Source of the DNA: Candidatus Heimdallarchaeota archaeon
Lineage (GTDB): Archaea > Asgardarchaeota > Heimdallarchaeia > JABLTI01
Assembly (NCBI GenBank): GCA_030614005.1
Contig: JAUWKS010000032.1
Span: 4,025-36,024 of the forward strand
Direction of reading: 5' to 3'
Length of the DNA stretch: 32,000 bases
The position numbers and the translations under genes are program-made. How positions within the stretch are numbered: position 1 is the first letter of the stretch; each line of letters starts with the position of its first letter. The notes under the pieces are model-generated. The model was not told the origin of the DNA. It saw nothing but the letters and a program-made list of their open reading frames with translations, and did no database searches. Positions 28,556-32,000 of the stretch are shown here, in pieces.

Positions 28556-29542
28556 TTGCTTTCTTCAATAATAAATGGCCCAATCGATACTGATAAATTA
28601 GATTATTTAGTCAGAGATAGTAAAAATTGCTTTCTGAAGTATGGTGAAATAATAGATTTTGATCGTATGGTTCGCAATTTGACTGTTATAATCACTAAAA
28701 ACGAATATGGACAACGAATACTTACACTAGGTACCTATGAAAAAGGTCGATCTGCTGCTGAATCATTTGCTTTTGCTAGATATTTACTATATCAATCATT
28801 ATATTGGCACCATACTGCAAGAGCTTCTAGAGCAATGCTCCGAGAAGCTGCAAAATCTGCTTTTAAAGGAAAGGGGGGGCAACCAGATTTATTTCTTAAA
28901 GCATTTCAAAATTTACTTGGTGTTAAGAAAAAAATAGCTGGAGGAAATATGATAGCAGTAGATGATATTTTGGACCTTATTGGAAAATATGCTGAAAATG
29001 AGTTTGATTTTATTGAAATGATAAAAGCGAGGAATTATTACAAGAGAATACTCACTGTTCACCGGTATCCATTAAATCATAATGAAGAATCAATGTTGAA
29101 TGATTACAGAAATGCAATAAAGACTAATGCAGATTTTCAAGAGATTTTAAGAAACTCTATTTTAGAGAAATTTCAAAACTTTATAATTAACACAAAATTA
29201 AAACGAAAATCAATACTAACAGTTGAAAAAATGAATGAAACTATAAGATTTTTGAAAAAACCTGGTTCAATCTTATGTGATTGTCCTAAACCTCCATACG
29301 GATCTACAGTAGGTTTAAAATTTATTCCAGAACCAAAGAAATTGAAAACAAACTACTATAAGAGATTTGAAATTGGTGAAAAATTATCTGATATTTGGTA
29401 TAGACCATATAATGAGCTAATGAAAATAGTATCAAAAGGAAGAGTTTTTTGTCATCCTGAGATAAGAGATGTTTTATTGGTTTCAATAGGCGAAGAAGGA
29501 TTGAAAGAATGTTTGCTAAATTCAATTAAAATCACACAATAA
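28556..29542 (+). pseudogene. 5'-truncated HD-domain dNTP triphosphohydrolase-like (SAMHD1/dGTPase family) gene
   Basis: IINGPIDTDKLDYLVRDS...IDFDRMV...KG..AAESFAFARYLLYQSLYWHHT.RA..AML is the C-terminal half; the HD motif half is absent. Confidence 0.75.
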
Positions 29543-29667
29543 ATTTAGTTCTGGTATTACTAGTCTAAAATAATCACTTATTACCATTTAACTGAAGCAA
29601 AGATGTCCGCATTAAAATGGAAAGGGCACTTGGAATGAATTGGACAACAAAATATCAGAATTCAAGT

Positions 29668-29730
29668 ACTTGCCACCTAAGTATGTCATTACCGAAATGG
29701 ACTTCTAGACCTTAAAGAAGAATGTGAGGG
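29668..29730 (+). repeat. Direct repeat copy 2 (attR-like)
   Basis: ACTTGCCACCTAAGTATGTCATTACCGAAATGGACTTCTAGACCTTAAAGAAGAATGTGAGGG versus 25004-25065. Confidence 0.9.
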
Positions 29731-29936
29731 AACTGAATTAGATGTAAAGGTGTTTCCAAATAAGCATAAATCTGCTTATTATGCTCACTTAACATCTGTT
29801 TTCTATTGCTTAAAATGCGGAAAGATAATCTCAGTTAATGTTGTTAAAGGGGGCTAGAGATTCTTTTTTCTTTTATCTTTTTTATGTCTAGTTCAGGTTA
29901 GGCTTATTGAATTGAAGAATTGTTTTTGAAGTTGTA

Positions 29937-30953
29937 TCATTTTGAAAATCGTTCACCTCTACCAGGAAATGGAAATTTCAGTTCGCGCAATTCTCGTTTC
30001 AAAATTCTCTTGACTTCTCTGTAGGAGGAAATATTTGGTAATTCAATTTGATTTTGTATCTCTTTTAATGTTCCATTAAATCTCTCAAACGTATAGATAC
30101 AAGCCAATGAAAGGTATGTTGTTCTTTCAGCTAACGAGTACTCGCAATTAGCTTCCTTGCTTGAAGCAATTTTATAGGCTTTTAAAATTAAATCTTGAAC
30201 TTCAGGCAATTCCCTTAACAATAGTAATGTTCCAAAACAACCTAACCGCAATAAATCCTTAACATCTAGTTCTTTACCAATAATTTCTTTTTTTGCAAAT
30301 TGGAGGAATTCCACCGCGATTTTACGAAAAATGGTTGTTTTCTCATCATATGTAAGATACGTTTTGATATTTCTGTTTTCCAATGGTTGAGTGTCAAAAA
30401 CTTCTTCTTTATCCAAATGATCTATCCATTTCTCATAATTAAAAGAGTAAAATTTATTGTTCTCAATCGCATCTAATTGGCGAATGCTATTCAGTGATAG
30501 GAAATTTGTTACCAACAAATTTGAAGTAAAGAGGAAAGTATCAAATAAGGATAATTCACTGCAATTAATTGGAATGTCTTCTAGTTCTATTTTGATATTC
30601 TTTAATCGTAATTTCTCAAGGTTGTTTGTTTTTTCTAATTCCGCAGAAACACCTAAAGTACAACCATCTGTATCATTACATATGCCTACTAAACTGCTCT
30701 CCCACCAAAGTAATTGGAATTCCTTCTTTTTATCTTCCATTTTGTATTCATTCAAGATTTTCTTTGCATTCAGAGCGATTTTCTTTGGAAATTCATACCT
30801 TTCTAAAGCAATCCTATAGAAATCTGTACAAAGTTTCCTTGATCCAATTTGTGTGAAATCTCTATTATCAAAATTAATGCATCCAATAATATTGTCCTCT
30901 AAAATCACAACAGCTATTGGTTCCTTTATATACATCAAATTATGTTTTTTCAA
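29937..30953 (-). CDS. Hypothetical protein
   Basis: 338-aa ORF with no motif I can assign. Confidence 0.6.
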   Translation of the reverse strand: MKKHNLMYIKEPIAVVILEDNIIGCINFDNRDFTQIGSRKLCTDFYRIALERYEFPKKIALNAKKILNEYKMEDKKKEFQLLWWESSLVGICNDTDGCTLGVSAELEKTNNLEKLRLKNIKIELEDIPINCSELSLFDTFLFTSNLLVTNFLSLNSIRQLDAIENNKFYSFNYEKWIDHLDKEEVFDTQPLENRNIKTYLTYDEKTTIFRKIAVEFLQFAKKEIIGKELDVKDLLRLGCFGTLLLLRELPEVQDLILKAYKIASSKEANCEYSLAERTTYLSLACIYTFERFNGTLKEIQNQIELPNISSYREVKRILKRELRELKFPFPGRGERFSK

Positions 30954-31225
30954 TTTGTTCTCACCAAAACCGGTACTTTCAAATCAATAATGATTTATTT
31001 CTAATGCTTAAAAACTTCTTGAGAAATTTATAATCAATAATTTTCAAGATCTTTCAGAAGATGCAAGAAGTGGTCTTCAATCAATTAGAATTTTCCTTTT
31101 CTTTTACTTGTCTTAATTTATCCTAGTTGAGATTAGGTTTTAGACTTGAAAAAGAGAATTTTGAGTTTTTAGATTTATTGCATTGTATATTTTACTTGAA
31201 GAAGTAATTTTTTCTTTGTTATTAT

Positions 31226-31722
31226 TTAGAAAATGACTGATTCAATAATTGAATAGGCAATATTGCCTACAATAGAGAGTATCCCTGTAGAAAGTGTTAC
31301 TAAAAGTAAAACATTTCTTATTAGATATCTCTTAGTTGTTGGTTTCTTCTGCTCTTTCATTATCCAAGCATGTTTTTCAAATAATTTTACTATCCTATCC
31401 TTATAAATATCAGTACAATGGAAGGAAATATGTAAATTAAATTAGCCAATGTTGTCATCAACAATCCTAGAACCATAAGTAGAACATTCCACATATAGTA
31501 CTCATTACCTATTGAATAATAGACAGAATGAAATATCCCTATACAGATTGCCATTGAGGATCCTGCTGCAATCATAGTTCCGTTTATTATGTAAAAAATT
31601 CGATAATATTTATCAAATGCTTCTCTTCCTTCAATTTCTACTTCCTTTCTTATCTCTTCGTCTTTCTCCTCTTTCCGATCTACTTTTATTATGATTATTC
31701 CTCTCCAAATCTGAGATAACAT
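31226..31722 (-). pseudogene. Membrane protein, probably frameshifted near 31395
   Basis: ORF 31390-31722 continues in another frame as KDRIVKLFEKHAWIM...VLLLVTLSTGILSIVGNIAYSIIESVIF*. Confidence 0.4.
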
Positions 31723-31903
31723 TTCCCATTATTCGTCAAAATTTTGCTCTTCTCTTTTATTGCTTTATCTTTTTTATATATTTCTTTAAGAGTAACTTTA
31801 ACTATATTGTCAATTTCATTCATATTATTACGAAGATTCTCGATTCTTGTTTACTTAAAATTGAACTACTTGTTATTAATCTAAAAATATTACTCAATAC
31901 AAC

Positions 31904-31999
31904 TTACAAACCCCTCATCATTTCTAAGAGTTCCAAAATCTCTTTATCCTTTTCTGATAGAAGAAGTGTTTCATAGATAATCTCGTCAAGAGAAGAGAA
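31904..31999 (-). CDS. 3' end of a gene entering from the right edge
   Basis: FSSLDEIIYETLLLSEKDKEILELLEMMRGL*. Confidence 0.35.
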   Translation of the reverse strand, partial: FSSLDEIIYETLLLSEKDKEILELLEMMRGL

Positions 32000-32000
32000 T

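Larger units (their letters stand above)
25059..29722. mobile_element. Putative ~4.66-kb genomic island at the 23S rRNA 3' end (no integrase seen)
   Basis: Flanking 39-bp direct repeat, visibly higher AT content, accessory and decayed cargo. Confidence 0.6.

Noticed and set aside
25059-29683. Integrase or transposase inside the island
   Set aside because: No R-H-R-H-Y tyrosine recombinase, serine recombinase or DDE motifs recognised in any ORF.
29937-30953. TFB/cyclin-like C-terminus (LACIY...LKEI)
   Set aside because: Resemblance is limited to a few residues; no Zn ribbon or cyclin repeat conservation.

Overview
AT-rich archaeal window, most likely from an Asgard archaeon (Heimdallarchaeia-like). 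This is an inference from the archaeal 23S signatures, a supersized helix-98/ES39 expansion, membrane-anchored RING proteins and TM+basic-tail surface proteins. Bases 1-21,000 hold housekeeping and accessory genes (esterase, Tag glycosylase, amidohydrolase, PAS-only protein, radical SAM, GH35-type galactosidase, alkaline phosphatase, RING protein, membrane wHTH regulator) interspersed with several gene and rRNA scraps. A stand-alone 23S rRNA gene (~21769-25029, + strand, no adjacent 16S or 5S) is the most notable part. It carries two tiny ORF-less insertions with bulge-helix-bulge (BHB) geometry: 69 nt in the helix-89 loop beside the peptidyl-transferase centre, and 61 nt splitting the sarcin-ricin loop. 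Removing each restores the conserved loop exactly. It also has a 131-nt ES39 and substitutions at two near-invariant positions. The 3' end of the 23S gene and its processing stem is duplicated 4.66 kb downstream (39 bp exact). The two copies bracket an AT-rich, integrase-less island with a TIGR04255-like/PemK-like module and a decapitated HD-domain dNTPase-like gene. All calls are by eye; no searches were run.
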